A stretch of 64,000 nucleotides of DNA from assembly GCA_964498425.1 (NCBI GenBank), contig CAZCGQ010000002.1:130278-194277 (forward strand), given 5' to 3'. Shown piece by piece: positions 8,972-17,351 of this stretch (within the stretch, counting starts at the first letter, position 1; each line of letters starts with the position of its first letter). The position numbers and the translations under genes are program-made. Below the pieces are notes generated by a model. The model was not told where the DNA came from and made no database searches. It was given only the letters and a program-made list of their open reading frames with translations. The DNA is from an uncultured Gammaproteobacteria bacterium. Lineage in GTDB: Bacteria; Patescibacteriota; Microgenomatia; UBA12405; JAHJSD01.

Positions 8972-10167
8972 TTAAATACACTATACAAACCTTGTTCAGG
9001 AATAAAATCCGTTCGACTTTAACAACCCTAGGCGTAATTATCGGCGTTTGGGCAGTTATTCTATTAGTCGCCATTGGTAATGGCTTAAAAGTCTACATCG
9101 AACAACAATTTATGGAGCTGGGATCAAATATGATTTTTGTTCTTCCCGGCCAGTATTTTGACACAGAAGGAAACATTAGAACTACCGGAGATATGAGTGC
9201 TCTTTCTGGTGCTAATTTTGACATTGACGATGTTGACAACCTAGAAAAAATAGCCCAAGCCCCCTACATTATTCCAGCAACTTACCGAACAGTAACTGTT
9301 TCCAAAGGAAGAGAAAAAGTAATCGCTGACCTCTTGGGAACAACCGCTAATTACCCACAAGCTAGGAATTTAGATATTGCTGAAGGACGATTTTTCACCG
9401 AATCGGAAACAGCCCGGGGTAGAGAAGTGGTTATTCTGGGCCACCAAGTTAAAGAGGACCTTTATCAAAACCAGTCCCCAATTGGCGATCGAATTGAAAT
9501 AGAAGATAACCGCTACACTATTATTGGAGTCGCCGAAGAAAAAGGTGGGGGGATGAGCAACATGGGAATGACTTCCGACAGTTCAATTTATACTCCCTAT
9601 GAAGCTGTTTGGAAAATCACCAATGACGAAACCTTTAACATTATTTTTGTTTTTGCTGATAAGCGAGAAAATGTAGAAACTGTTAAAAATCAAACTAAAG
9701 AAATCTTACTTGAAGATCACCAAGAAGAAGAGTTTTCAGTAGCTGATCAAAGTGAATTTTTGGGTATTGTCAACGAAATTCTAAGTATGGTTACCATCGG
9801 ACTTGGCGGTATAGCCGCAATTTCTCTAATTGTCGGAGGAATCGGCATTATGAATACAATGTACGCTTCGGTTACAGAAAGGACCAAAGAAATTGGTTTA
9901 AGAAAGGCAGTTGGGGCAACAAATAAAAACATTCGTAATCAATTCTTAATTGAATCTTCAATCCTTAGTCTTAGCGGTGGAGCTATCGGCCTTACTCTTA
10001 GCTTTGTCAGTGTTCTCATTATGAGAAAATTTTTCCCAGCCGCAATTACTCTTTGGTCAGTACTCCTTGCCCTCGGTGTTTCTACCTTAGTTGGAATTAT
10101 CTTCGGACTGGCTCCGGCCAGAAAGGCAAGTAAGATGACACCGGTTGAAGCCCTACGTTATGAATAA
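8968..10167 (+). CDS. ABC transporter permease (FtsX/MacB-type, 4 TM)
   Basis: 399 aa with an N-terminal TM, a large periplasmic domain, and a C-terminal FtsX-like 3-TM bundle (GGIGIMNTMYASVTERTKEIGLRKAVGA). It is coupled to the ATPase by 4-nt start/stop overlap. Confidence 0.8.
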   Translation: MIKYTIQTLFRNKIRSTLTTLGVIIGVWAVILLVAIGNGLKVYIEQQFMELGSNMIFVLPGQYFDTEGNIRTTGDMSALSGANFDIDDVDNLEKIAQAPYIIPATYRTVTVSKGREKVIADLLGTTANYPQARNLDIAEGRFFTESETARGREVVILGHQVKEDLYQNQSPIGDRIEIEDNRYTIIGVAEEKGGGMSNMGMTSDSSIYTPYEAVWKITNDETFNIIFVFADKRENVETVKNQTKEILLEDHQEEEFSVADQSEFLGIVNEILSMVTIGLGGIAAISLIVGGIGIMNTMYASVTERTKEIGLRKAVGATNKNIRNQFLIESSILSLSGGAIGLTLSFVSVLIMRKFFPAAITLWSVLLALGVSTLVGIIFGLAPARKASKMTPVEALRYE

Positions 10168-10211
10168 TTTCCTCTTGAAATGGGGTATTTTCATCTGGTA
10201 TTCTGTAAGTA

Positions 10212-12071
10212 ATGGCACCAGTTCAGTTGAAGAATACTAAGGAAGGGGAGTTTAAGTTACTTGGATTGGGTGCTGGAACAACTAAAAACCAAACTGTTCT
10301 TTTCTATTCAGCCAACAACCAACAACAGCCGTTTAACATTGCTGTCGCCGATCAAAACGGCTTTAATTTTAAGCCAGTATCTCAGAAACTTAAATTTGGC
10401 TATTGGTGGCAGGAACCCTCCGCCGAAACCATCACCACAGATTATCGTCTCAGCCAAACTCGAAGAAACTATATTTTAACCTATCTTGAAAAAACCAACA
10501 GTCATTACCAACTAAAATACCGGCTGACCAAAAACTTAATCAATTGGTCAAAATCCAAAGCAATCCCGGAAATTGCTGAAGCTGGAATAAACTTGCCAAA
10601 AACCAAGACAATCATCTACGGCCGGAAAGAAATTAAAAAGGCAAATTTCGGTAAATTTTCAAATTCTGCTCTATCAAACAAGTCAATCTTTCAGCTCAAG
10701 GAAAGAGTACTTGGTCGAAGCAACTTTAAAATCAGCCAAATTTTCAATTTAAAACAAGGTTACCTAGCCCTATTCTATTGCTACCAAGATCCATACATTT
10801 TGTCATCCTACTCTTGGCTGCTTATGCTTCTTGACAAAAGCAAAGGCAATGAAATCCAATGGACAAAACAAATGCCAATTACTGGAACAATTCCTGATGC
10901 CAAAGACAAAAAAATTGGTGCCCTTGGTTCAGTTAAAATTAATGACCAGCTTATTTCCTATTGGCAGTTGGATAACCAAAAAATATATGCTCTATCTCAG
11001 CCATTTTTTGAAATCAATCAGGTTAAACCTCCAACCCCTTTCCCATACCTTAAAAAATTAGACCGCGCTCCCGAAAACCCAATTTTAAAGCCCCAGCCGG
11101 AAAACAACTGGGAGTCAAAACTTGTTTTCAATCCCTCAGCTATTGACGATGGCGAAAAAGTTCACTTAGTTTATCGAGCAATTGGAGATGATGATACTTC
11201 TTCATTTGGCTATGCCGTTTCTGAGGATGGAATAAACATTGATCAACGTTCAGACAAACCAATCTATCAACCCAGGGCGGATTTTGAAACTAACCCCCAA
11301 GCACCCCGCGTAGCCGCCAGGGAATTTATCTCTGGGGGAGGGGCAGGTGGATGTGAAGACCCAAAACTAACCAAGATAAAGGACAAAATTTACATGACTT
11401 ATACTGCCTGGGATGGGGCCAATCATCCCCGAGTAGCCTTAACTTCAATTAACAGTGATGATTTCTTTAATCAAATATGGAACTGGCAGCTGCCAGTTCT
11501 CATTTCACCTCCTAATGAAATTCACAAAAACTGGGCAATTTTCCCTAAAAAAATCAATGGTAAATACGCTATTCTTCACAGCCTTTCACCTGAAATTCTA
11601 GTTGATTATTTTGATAGCCTTGATTTTGATGGCGAGAACTTTATCGAAAGTTATTACCGCCCATCCGGCCGACAAAACAATTGGGATACTTGGGTTCGGG
11701 GACCCGGGCCAGCTCCAATTGCAACTGACGATGGCTGGCTAATCCTATACCACGCTATGGATAAAAGAGACCCCAACCGATACAAACTGGGGGCGATGAT
11801 TGTTGACAAAAATGATCCAACAGAAATACTTTACCGCTCAAATACGCCCCTGCTTGAACCAGATATGGACTACGAAAACGAAGGCTTTAAGGCAGGAGTT
11901 GTTTATTCCTGTGGAGCAGTAGTCAGAAATGACCGCCTCTTGGTTTATTACGGTGGAGCGGACACAGTCAGCTGTGTTGCCCAAATAAAGCTTGACCAAC
12001 TGCTAAACCAAATGAAACTTGATCAAGAAATTCGGCTTAGACCAGCCAAGCCTGTTTTTATGTATAATTGA
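10212..12071 (+). CDS. GH130-like (DUF377 / glycosidase-related 5-bladed beta-propeller) protein with a ~290-aa N-terminal extension
   Basis: The C-terminal ~320 aa carries the GH130 hallmarks: NPILKP, WESKLVFNPSAI, GCEDPKLTKI...YMTYTAWDG and YYGGADT. The N-terminal region is unassigned and possibly a degenerate propeller. Confidence 0.6.
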   Translation: MAPVQLKNTKEGEFKLLGLGAGTTKNQTVLFYSANNQQQPFNIAVADQNGFNFKPVSQKLKFGYWWQEPSAETITTDYRLSQTRRNYILTYLEKTNSHYQLKYRLTKNLINWSKSKAIPEIAEAGINLPKTKTIIYGRKEIKKANFGKFSNSALSNKSIFQLKERVLGRSNFKISQIFNLKQGYLALFYCYQDPYILSSYSWLLMLLDKSKGNEIQWTKQMPITGTIPDAKDKKIGALGSVKINDQLISYWQLDNQKIYALSQPFFEINQVKPPTPFPYLKKLDRAPENPILKPQPENNWESKLVFNPSAIDDGEKVHLVYRAIGDDDTSSFGYAVSEDGINIDQRSDKPIYQPRADFETNPQAPRVAAREFISGGGAGGCEDPKLTKIKDKIYMTYTAWDGANHPRVALTSINSDDFFNQIWNWQLPVLISPPNEIHKNWAIFPKKINGKYAILHSLSPEILVDYFDSLDFDGENFIESYYRPSGRQNNWDTWVRGPGPAPIATDDGWLILYHAMDKRDPNRYKLGAMIVDKNDPTEILYRSNTPLLEPDMDYENEGFKAGVVYSCGAVVRNDRLLVYYGGADTVSCVAQIKLDQLLNQMKLDQEIRLRPAKPVFMYN

Positions 12072-12075
12072 AACA

Positions 12076-13044
12076 ATGATCATTGTCAGCCGCAGTTCAG
12101 CCAACCCAATTTTAAAACCAAATTCAGACAACATCTGGGAATCAAAAGCTGTCTTCAACGGCAATCCCGTCAAAACTAATGGGAAATACAGCTTAATCTA
12201 CCGTGGATTATCTCAAAAAATAAACCATCAAAATCAAGAAATGGAGTTGTCAACTATTGGAAAAGCAACTAGTTCCGATGGTATTAAATTTGACAACCGC
12301 CAGCAATTTATAAAGCCGGAAAAAGAATGGGAACTCTTTGGCTTAGAGGATCCACGGGTGACCAAATTTAACGATAAATATTACATTTTTTATACTGCCG
12401 TCAGTGCCTATCCACCCAATCCATCAGTCATTAAAGTTGGCTTGGCAATCAGTAAGGATATGAAGACAATAGAGGAAAAATACCTCGTTACTCCCTTTAA
12501 TGCTAAATCAATGACCATGTTTCCTGAAAAAATTAACGGCAAAGTATCCGGACTATTGGCCGTTGATACTGATACCCCGCCCGCCAAAATTGCCTTTGTT
12601 CAATTTGACCAAATTGAAGATATCTGGAATCACCAGATCTGGAATCAGTGGTATAAAAACGTCGATCAACATACTATTTCCTTGCAACGTCGCCCTCAGG
12701 ACCATGTTGAAATAGGTGCTTGCCCAATAAAAACATCCCAAGGTTGGTTATTAATTTACAGTTATATAAATAATTACCAAAATACAGATAAGCGCATCTT
12801 CACTGTTGAAGCCGCTCTTTTAGACAAAAAAAATCCCGAGAAAATAATCGGCCGATCAAAATTTCCTCTGTTAGTTCCCGAGAAAAAATATGAGCTGGAA
12901 GGAATGATTCCGGATATTGTATTTCCTTCTGGAGCCTTGGTAAAAAACAATCAACTACTTATTTATTACGGCGCCGCCGACAATTACTGCTGTCTGGCTA
13001 GCTGTTCATTATCAAATTTATTAGAGGAGCTGACCAATGATTAA
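12076..13044 (+). CDS. GH130-like beta-propeller glycoside phosphorylase/hydrolase family protein (paralog 2)
   Basis: Carries NPILKPNSDNIWESKAVFNG, GLEDPRVTKFNDKYYIFYTA and YYGAADN. Start moved to ATG 12076 (MIIVSRSS...) to avoid a 50-nt overlap. Confidence 0.65.
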   Translation: MIIVSRSSANPILKPNSDNIWESKAVFNGNPVKTNGKYSLIYRGLSQKINHQNQEMELSTIGKATSSDGIKFDNRQQFIKPEKEWELFGLEDPRVTKFNDKYYIFYTAVSAYPPNPSVIKVGLAISKDMKTIEEKYLVTPFNAKSMTMFPEKINGKVSGLLAVDTDTPPAKIAFVQFDQIEDIWNHQIWNQWYKNVDQHTISLQRRPQDHVEIGACPIKTSQGWLLIYSYINNYQNTDKRIFTVEAALLDKKNPEKIIGRSKFPLLVPEKKYELEGMIPDIVFPSGALVKNNQLLIYYGAADNYCCLASCSLSNLLEELTND

Positions 13045-13984
13045 ACTTAAACGCTACGTCAATAACCCAATTCTTAATCCCATTCCTGAACATGATTGGG
13101 AAGCAAAGGCAGTTTTTAACACTGCCGCAATATATCTCGATAACCAAGCCCACTTAGTTTATCGAGCAATGGGCCATGACAATATTTCTACTTTCGGCTA
13201 CGCCTCGAGCTCAGATGGAATAAAAATTGATACCCGCTTAGCCGAACCCATCTATCAACCAAGAATTGAGGAAGAAAAAACAAAAAATCCCGGTGGGAAT
13301 TCTGGCTGTGAAGACCCAAGAATTACCCGAATAGGGGATACCTTATACATGACTTACACCGCCTACGATGGAGTTAACCCAACCCGGGTTGCTTTAACAA
13401 CAATATCAGTAGAAGATTTTCTTAATCACAATTGGAACTGGTCCGTTCCAAAAATCATTACGCCTCCGGGCATCGACAGCAAAAACTCCTGTGTTTTACC
13501 AGAAATAATTGACGGTAAATACTATATTTTCCATCGTTTTTATCCCTGCATCTGGATTGACGCTGTTGAAGACTTAAACTTTGGTGAAAACGACTGGGTC
13601 AAGGGCAGTGCCTGGATTAAACCAAGAAGCGATAAATGGGACAGCCGAAAAATTGGCATTGCTGGCCCGCCAATAAAAACCGATCACGGCTGGCTGCTTA
13701 TTTACCATGCCATCAGCGAAGCCGACCGCCATTACCGCTTAGGGGCGATTCTCCTCAAGCTCGACAATCCCACCCAAACTTTGGCAAGAACTGACTATTA
13801 TCTTCTTGAACCAAGAATGGAGTTTGAACTAAACGGCCAAGAAGATGATGTTGTTTTCTCCTGCGGCCAAGTAGTTATCGACGATATTTTATACGTCTAT
13901 TACGGCGGAGCCGACAAATCGATCGGCATTGCTGCCTGCAGTTTCACAGAATTAGTCAATAAATTAACCAAGGTTCAAACCTAA
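13037..13984 (+). CDS. GH130-like beta-propeller glycoside phosphorylase/hydrolase family protein (paralog 3)
   Basis: Carries NPILNPIPEHDWEAKAVFN, GCEDPRITRIGDTLYMTYTAYDG and YYGGADK. Confidence 0.65.
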   Translation: MIKLKRYVNNPILNPIPEHDWEAKAVFNTAAIYLDNQAHLVYRAMGHDNISTFGYASSSDGIKIDTRLAEPIYQPRIEEEKTKNPGGNSGCEDPRITRIGDTLYMTYTAYDGVNPTRVALTTISVEDFLNHNWNWSVPKIITPPGIDSKNSCVLPEIIDGKYYIFHRFYPCIWIDAVEDLNFGENDWVKGSAWIKPRSDKWDSRKIGIAGPPIKTDHGWLLIYHAISEADRHYRLGAILLKLDNPTQTLARTDYYLLEPRMEFELNGQEDDVVFSCGQVVIDDILYVYYGGADKSIGIAACSFTELVNKLTKVQT

Positions 13985-14027
13985 ACAACCTTCAAGGTTA
14001 ATTAGTACCTGAACCTCTGATATAGAT

Positions 14028-14564
14028 ATGATCAGAAAGGCAAAACTAGCTGATGCTCAGGCAATCAGCCAGCTAATAACCAAAAACCTAAAATCGCAAA
14101 AGGAAGATAAGTCCACTGGTTTTTTGAGGTACAAACGAAGTCCGAAAAAAGTCAAAAAAATTATCAAAAAATCAATTATCACTCTTGTTTATACCAAGAA
14201 TAAAAAAATTATTGGCTTAATGAACGCTCACCCGCCAATCAAATACAAAAATAAAACCTATAACTGGGAATCTAAGCTACTAGAAAAAACCTATTTTGAT
14301 AATCAAAAATCAGCTGTTATTTACCTCGGTGCAATCGACCCCGAATACCTCCACCAAGGGATCGGCAGTCAACTCTATCAAGAGATGGTCAGCAACCTAA
14401 TCCGCCAGGGATACAAATATCTATTTGCCTCAATTAGTTTAAAACCGATAAAAAATAAGGCCTCTTGGGGGTTTGTTAAATCCAAAGGATTTGAAACAGC
14501 AGCAATTATCACCCCAACAAAAAATCCCGATAAAGAAACCGCCCTATTCGTTAAAAAATTGTGA
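14028..14564 (+). CDS. Putative GNAT-family N-acetyltransferase
   Basis: 178 aa with a motif-A-like segment (IYLGAIDPEYLHQGIGSQLYQEMV). Confidence 0.4.
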   Translation: MIRKAKLADAQAISQLITKNLKSQKEDKSTGFLRYKRSPKKVKKIIKKSIITLVYTKNKKIIGLMNAHPPIKYKNKTYNWESKLLEKTYFDNQKSAVIYLGAIDPEYLHQGIGSQLYQEMVSNLIRQGYKYLFASISLKPIKNKASWGFVKSKGFETAAIITPTKNPDKETALFVKKL

Positions 14565-14571
14565 AAGAAAA

Positions 14572-14631
14572 CATTGCTTACTATCTGTAGCTTTAGCGAA
14601 ATATTGCTTGCTATCTGTAGCTTTAGCGAAA
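14572..14631. repeat. Tandem duplication of a 30-bp unit (2 copies, 2 mismatches) at the 3-prime flank of tRNA-Tyr
   Basis: CATTGCTTACTATCTGTAGCTTTAGCGAAA followed by TATTGCTTGCTATCTGTAGCTTTAGCGAAA, seen directly. Confidence 0.8.
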
Positions 14632-14636
14632 GATAG

Positions 14637-14718
14637 TCCAGGGGGTAGGATTCGAACCTACGTAGGGAAACCCGACGGTTTTACAGACCGTTCCATTTGG
14701 CCACTCTGGCACCCCTGG
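14637..14718 (-). tRNA. tRNA-Tyr (anticodon GTA), class II with a long variable arm and an unusual C1:G72 first pair
   Basis: Reverse complement CCAGGGG-TG-CCAGAGTGGCCAAATGGA-ACGGT/CTGTAAA/ACCGT-CGGGTTTCCCTAC-GTAGG/TTCGAAT/CCTAC-CCCCTGG-A. It aligns almost position-for-position with E. coli tRNA-Tyr, but the acceptor stem begins C1:G72. CCA is not encoded. Confidence 0.8.
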
Positions 14719-14878
14719 TTGAAACCAAATCTGACTTGGTAGGTGTTATTCTATAATGCTCAGCTGCTAATTGCAAAATAAAACTACGTTATCTTTAAAA
14801 ACTATAATTGACGCTTTAGGTCTAGGTAATTCAGAAGTTGTCACTTTTATCCTCGTACGACGGGAAATAACTACTGCA

Positions 14879-15547
14879 TTATAAGACTAGATAATTTTCG
14901 ATATTTAAATAAAATTCTGTTAAAAACCGACAAATATTATCATTTTCTTTTAGTTTACAAATAATTCGATTAATCTCTTCATAATCCTTTGAGCCCAGTG
15001 AAGTTAAGAAAATTTTTCTAGACTCAGTCGAGGGAGGAACAGACAAATGTTCAAGCAAGATTTGGTACCACTGCGTAACCACATCCTTATTAATATTCAA
15101 CCATTCGTCATTACTATCCCAAGCTTCTCGAAAATATCGAATATAATCCGGTCTGTTTTCAATCCAATTATAAACCAATTCATCTTCCAAGTACTTTAAA
15201 CAGCTATTAACAATTTTTATCTTCTTATTGGAGTGGAAAATTAACGGCAAATCTACCCCCAATGATAATTTAATTTCTTTAAATAGAAATTCTTGGTTTT
15301 CTTTAAAGTAATTAACCCGAACTAGGTCAATTAAACTATGAAAATAAACACCCGCCTGAAAATCAGGTTGGGCTCTTGCCTCTTTCAAATCTACCTTTCT
15401 AAGATGAGTTAAAAACCTATCCAAATTAGCTAAGTAACGAATATCGGGGAAGTTATTACCTAAAAAGAACTTATGCTTATTTTTGGCCGCGAAGTAACGG
15501 GGATAACACCTCTCTGCCACCATAACGTGGGTTATCTCTGCCGCCAT
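14879..15547 (-). CDS. Hypothetical protein (222 aa)
   Basis: ORF only. No motif recognised. Confidence 0.4.
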   Translation of the reverse strand: MAAEITHVMVAERCYPRYFAAKNKHKFFLGNNFPDIRYLANLDRFLTHLRKVDLKEARAQPDFQAGVYFHSLIDLVRVNYFKENQEFLFKEIKLSLGVDLPLIFHSNKKIKIVNSCLKYLEDELVYNWIENRPDYIRYFREAWDSNDEWLNINKDVVTQWYQILLEHLSVPPSTESRKIFLTSLGSKDYEEINRIICKLKENDNICRFLTEFYLNIENYLVL

Positions 15548-15610
15548 TGATAATTATAACAAATAAATTTTGTGGTTTAAATGGAGTAGGGGAGTGCTGA
15601 AAAAAAGATC

Positions 15611-15639
15611 TTGACAGTTTCACGGCAAAAGTTTAAAAT
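15611..15639 (+). promoter_or_regulatory. Sigma-70-like promoter TTGACA-17 bp-TAAAAT
   Basis: TTGACA at 15611-15616, a 17-nt spacer, then TAAAAT at 15634-15639. This predicts a TSS near 15646. Confidence 0.5.
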
Positions 15640-15646
15640 AAGTTAA

Positions 15647-15990
15647 CATTTTAATAAAGGCAGTGACGAGTGGTGAAGTAGAGAAGAAAACGGTAACTAG
15701 AGAGTAAGCGGTTGGTGAAAGCTTACCAAGTTTTCAAATCGAATTACCCACTTCGAGCCGAAAGGTTAAAAGCCTTTCCGGGAGTGCCCGTAACAGCACA
15801 AACGTGTGTCACATTTAGTTCCGCAATTGCGGAACAGGAACGGAGCACGTAATAAAGAGTCTTTATTGCAACCGTTCTCCGAGTGACATCGGAGATTTTT
15901 TTGTGCTAGCAATAAGGAGAAACAAGGTGGTACAGCGAGTTAAACCCTCGCCCTTGATCGAGTTAAACTCGACCGGGGCGAGGGTTTTTA
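15647..15990 (+). promoter_or_regulatory. T-box-like riboswitch leader (~345 nt) preceding the hypothetical-protein + tyrS operon
   Basis: A T-box-like sequence AAGGUGGUACAGCGAG lies at 15924-15939. Its UGGU bulge is complementary to the A73-CCA end of the local tRNA-Tyr. A possible antiterminator (GCGAG..CTCGC) is mutually exclusive with the downstream terminator. AGAGA and GGUGAAAGC stem-I-like elements are present. A candidate UAC (Tyr) specifier lies at 15745-15747. Confidence 0.4.
15945..15989 (+). terminator. Intrinsic terminator/attenuator hairpin 2 nt upstream of the start codon; it also sequesters the RBS
   Basis: CCCTCGCCC (15945-15953) pairs with GGGCGAGGG (15976-15984), followed by TTTTT. 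The RBS GAGGG (15980-15984) lies inside the 3-prime arm, 8 nt from ATG 15992. Confidence 0.6.
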
Positions 15991-15991
15991 T

Positions 15992-17332
15992 ATGAGGGAA
16001 ATTATGAAAAATAGAATACCACCAGGACCAGATGGAACAAAAAGGTTAAATCTTTTTGGAACAACAATCAACGTTGATAAGTTACCACACCAACCGGAAC
16101 CATCCTCCCCGGTAGGGAAATTAATGTCGGAACTTGAGGGCCATCAAGAAGATCTAATTTCAATATTATTTAACACTGAGCCAAGTGAACAAGAAAAAGT
16201 CCAAGCAGTAAAAACTAAAACAAATCAAATAATTAGACCCTTTCAGCAACCAGACCCAAGTAATCCCTTTGGTTCAATCTGGGGAGAAATAACTGCACAA
16301 ATAGCGGCAAATCGTCTTAACTGGTCAAGGAAAAAAATTCAAACTCACTTGTCCAGGGCTGAGCCAAGTCCGGCAAAAACCGAACAAGGTTTAGCATCAG
16401 CGTTACTAATTCAAAAAATCAATGAAAGGTTAACAGGTCGGGGAAAAGAACTTGCCCAAAGAGAACGGCTTGAAAGAAAACTAAACGCCTGGGTAGATTG
16501 GGCCAGACAGTTCGGCTGTAATCAGGAACAAGCTCAAAAAGTAACTTTATGTACTGCCAAACTTCAACTGCTTCAACCGGAAGGAGGCAAAATAATAAAT
16601 CTTAAAAGGTTAGTCGAATTATTATCTAATGGAATTCAAGGACAAACAGTTAATTTAATTCGATTGCAATGTCTTCCAACAATAAATTCCAAAAAAGGCA
16701 CCCAAGTTTCCGACAAAATGCTGACTAAAGCCCCATTACCAAGTGCAGGATTTGTGACAGTCGACCAACGGGAAGAAATAAAACCAATAAAAACAATTTC
16801 TGAGACATTAAGTCAGTTTGAAATAAATCATTCCCTAACCTTTCTGATAGTTGATATCGACTGCTTCATCCTTGATGATAGAAGCTTAGTAGAAAAAGCC
16901 GAAAAATTTGAAACAAGACTAGATAATCTGTTAAAAAGTCACTTCGCTAATGTAAACGTAACTAGATTAAGCAAAACCGCAGGTTTAGATAGTCCGAGAG
17001 AAGTCCTAACCTCATCAACAGTTTCAGAAATCATTAACAATCCTTTTCAATTATTATCACCCCTAGAGTTAGAAAGACGAACCGAAAAAATGAGAGAAAA
17101 ACTTTCTTGCATGGCAGTTCCTAGTGAAACTAAGACCTTTTCTTCCGCTCAAGAATTAACAATAAGGGAGTTTGCTATCGACTTCTGGATTGGCGAAAAA
17201 TTTGGAGGGAAAAAAGAAGCAATTTTTATCAGAAGAACTAAATCTCTTCAGGCAGCTAGTGAAACCTTTCTTCGCGGGGCTAAACAACAATCACCTCCAT
17301 TTATTGCTTTTTGGACAAATAGATTTGCATGA
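15992..17332 (+). CDS. Hypothetical protein (446 aa), first gene of the tyrS operon
   Basis: Long ORF with coding-like composition and no recognisable motifs. Its stop is 20 nt from the tyrS start. Confidence 0.5.
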   Translation: MREIMKNRIPPGPDGTKRLNLFGTTINVDKLPHQPEPSSPVGKLMSELEGHQEDLISILFNTEPSEQEKVQAVKTKTNQIIRPFQQPDPSNPFGSIWGEITAQIAANRLNWSRKKIQTHLSRAEPSPAKTEQGLASALLIQKINERLTGRGKELAQRERLERKLNAWVDWARQFGCNQEQAQKVTLCTAKLQLLQPEGGKIINLKRLVELLSNGIQGQTVNLIRLQCLPTINSKKGTQVSDKMLTKAPLPSAGFVTVDQREEIKPIKTISETLSQFEINHSLTFLIVDIDCFILDDRSLVEKAEKFETRLDNLLKSHFANVNVTRLSKTAGLDSPREVLTSSTVSEIINNPFQLLSPLELERRTEKMREKLSCMAVPSETKTFSSAQELTIREFAIDFWIGEKFGGKKEAIFIRRTKSLQAASETFLRGAKQQSPPFIAFWTNRFA

Positions 17333-17351
17333 AAGGGTTCGAAAAGATAAA

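Noticed and set aside
14473-14742. 89-aa plus-strand ORF spanning the tandem repeat and tRNA-Tyr
   Set aside because: It overlaps a confidently folded tRNA and a 2x30-bp repeat. The translation is repeat-derived.
15548-15990. Possibility that the structured non-coding region is RNase P RNA, tmRNA, SRP RNA or 6S RNA
   Set aside because: None of the universally conserved motifs is present: RNase P GGAAAGTCCGGGCTCC / AGGGTGAAA; tmRNA tRNA-like 3-prime end and resume codon; SRP GGAAGGAAGCAGCC. The T-box-like word plus the promoter/terminator geometry fits a leader better.
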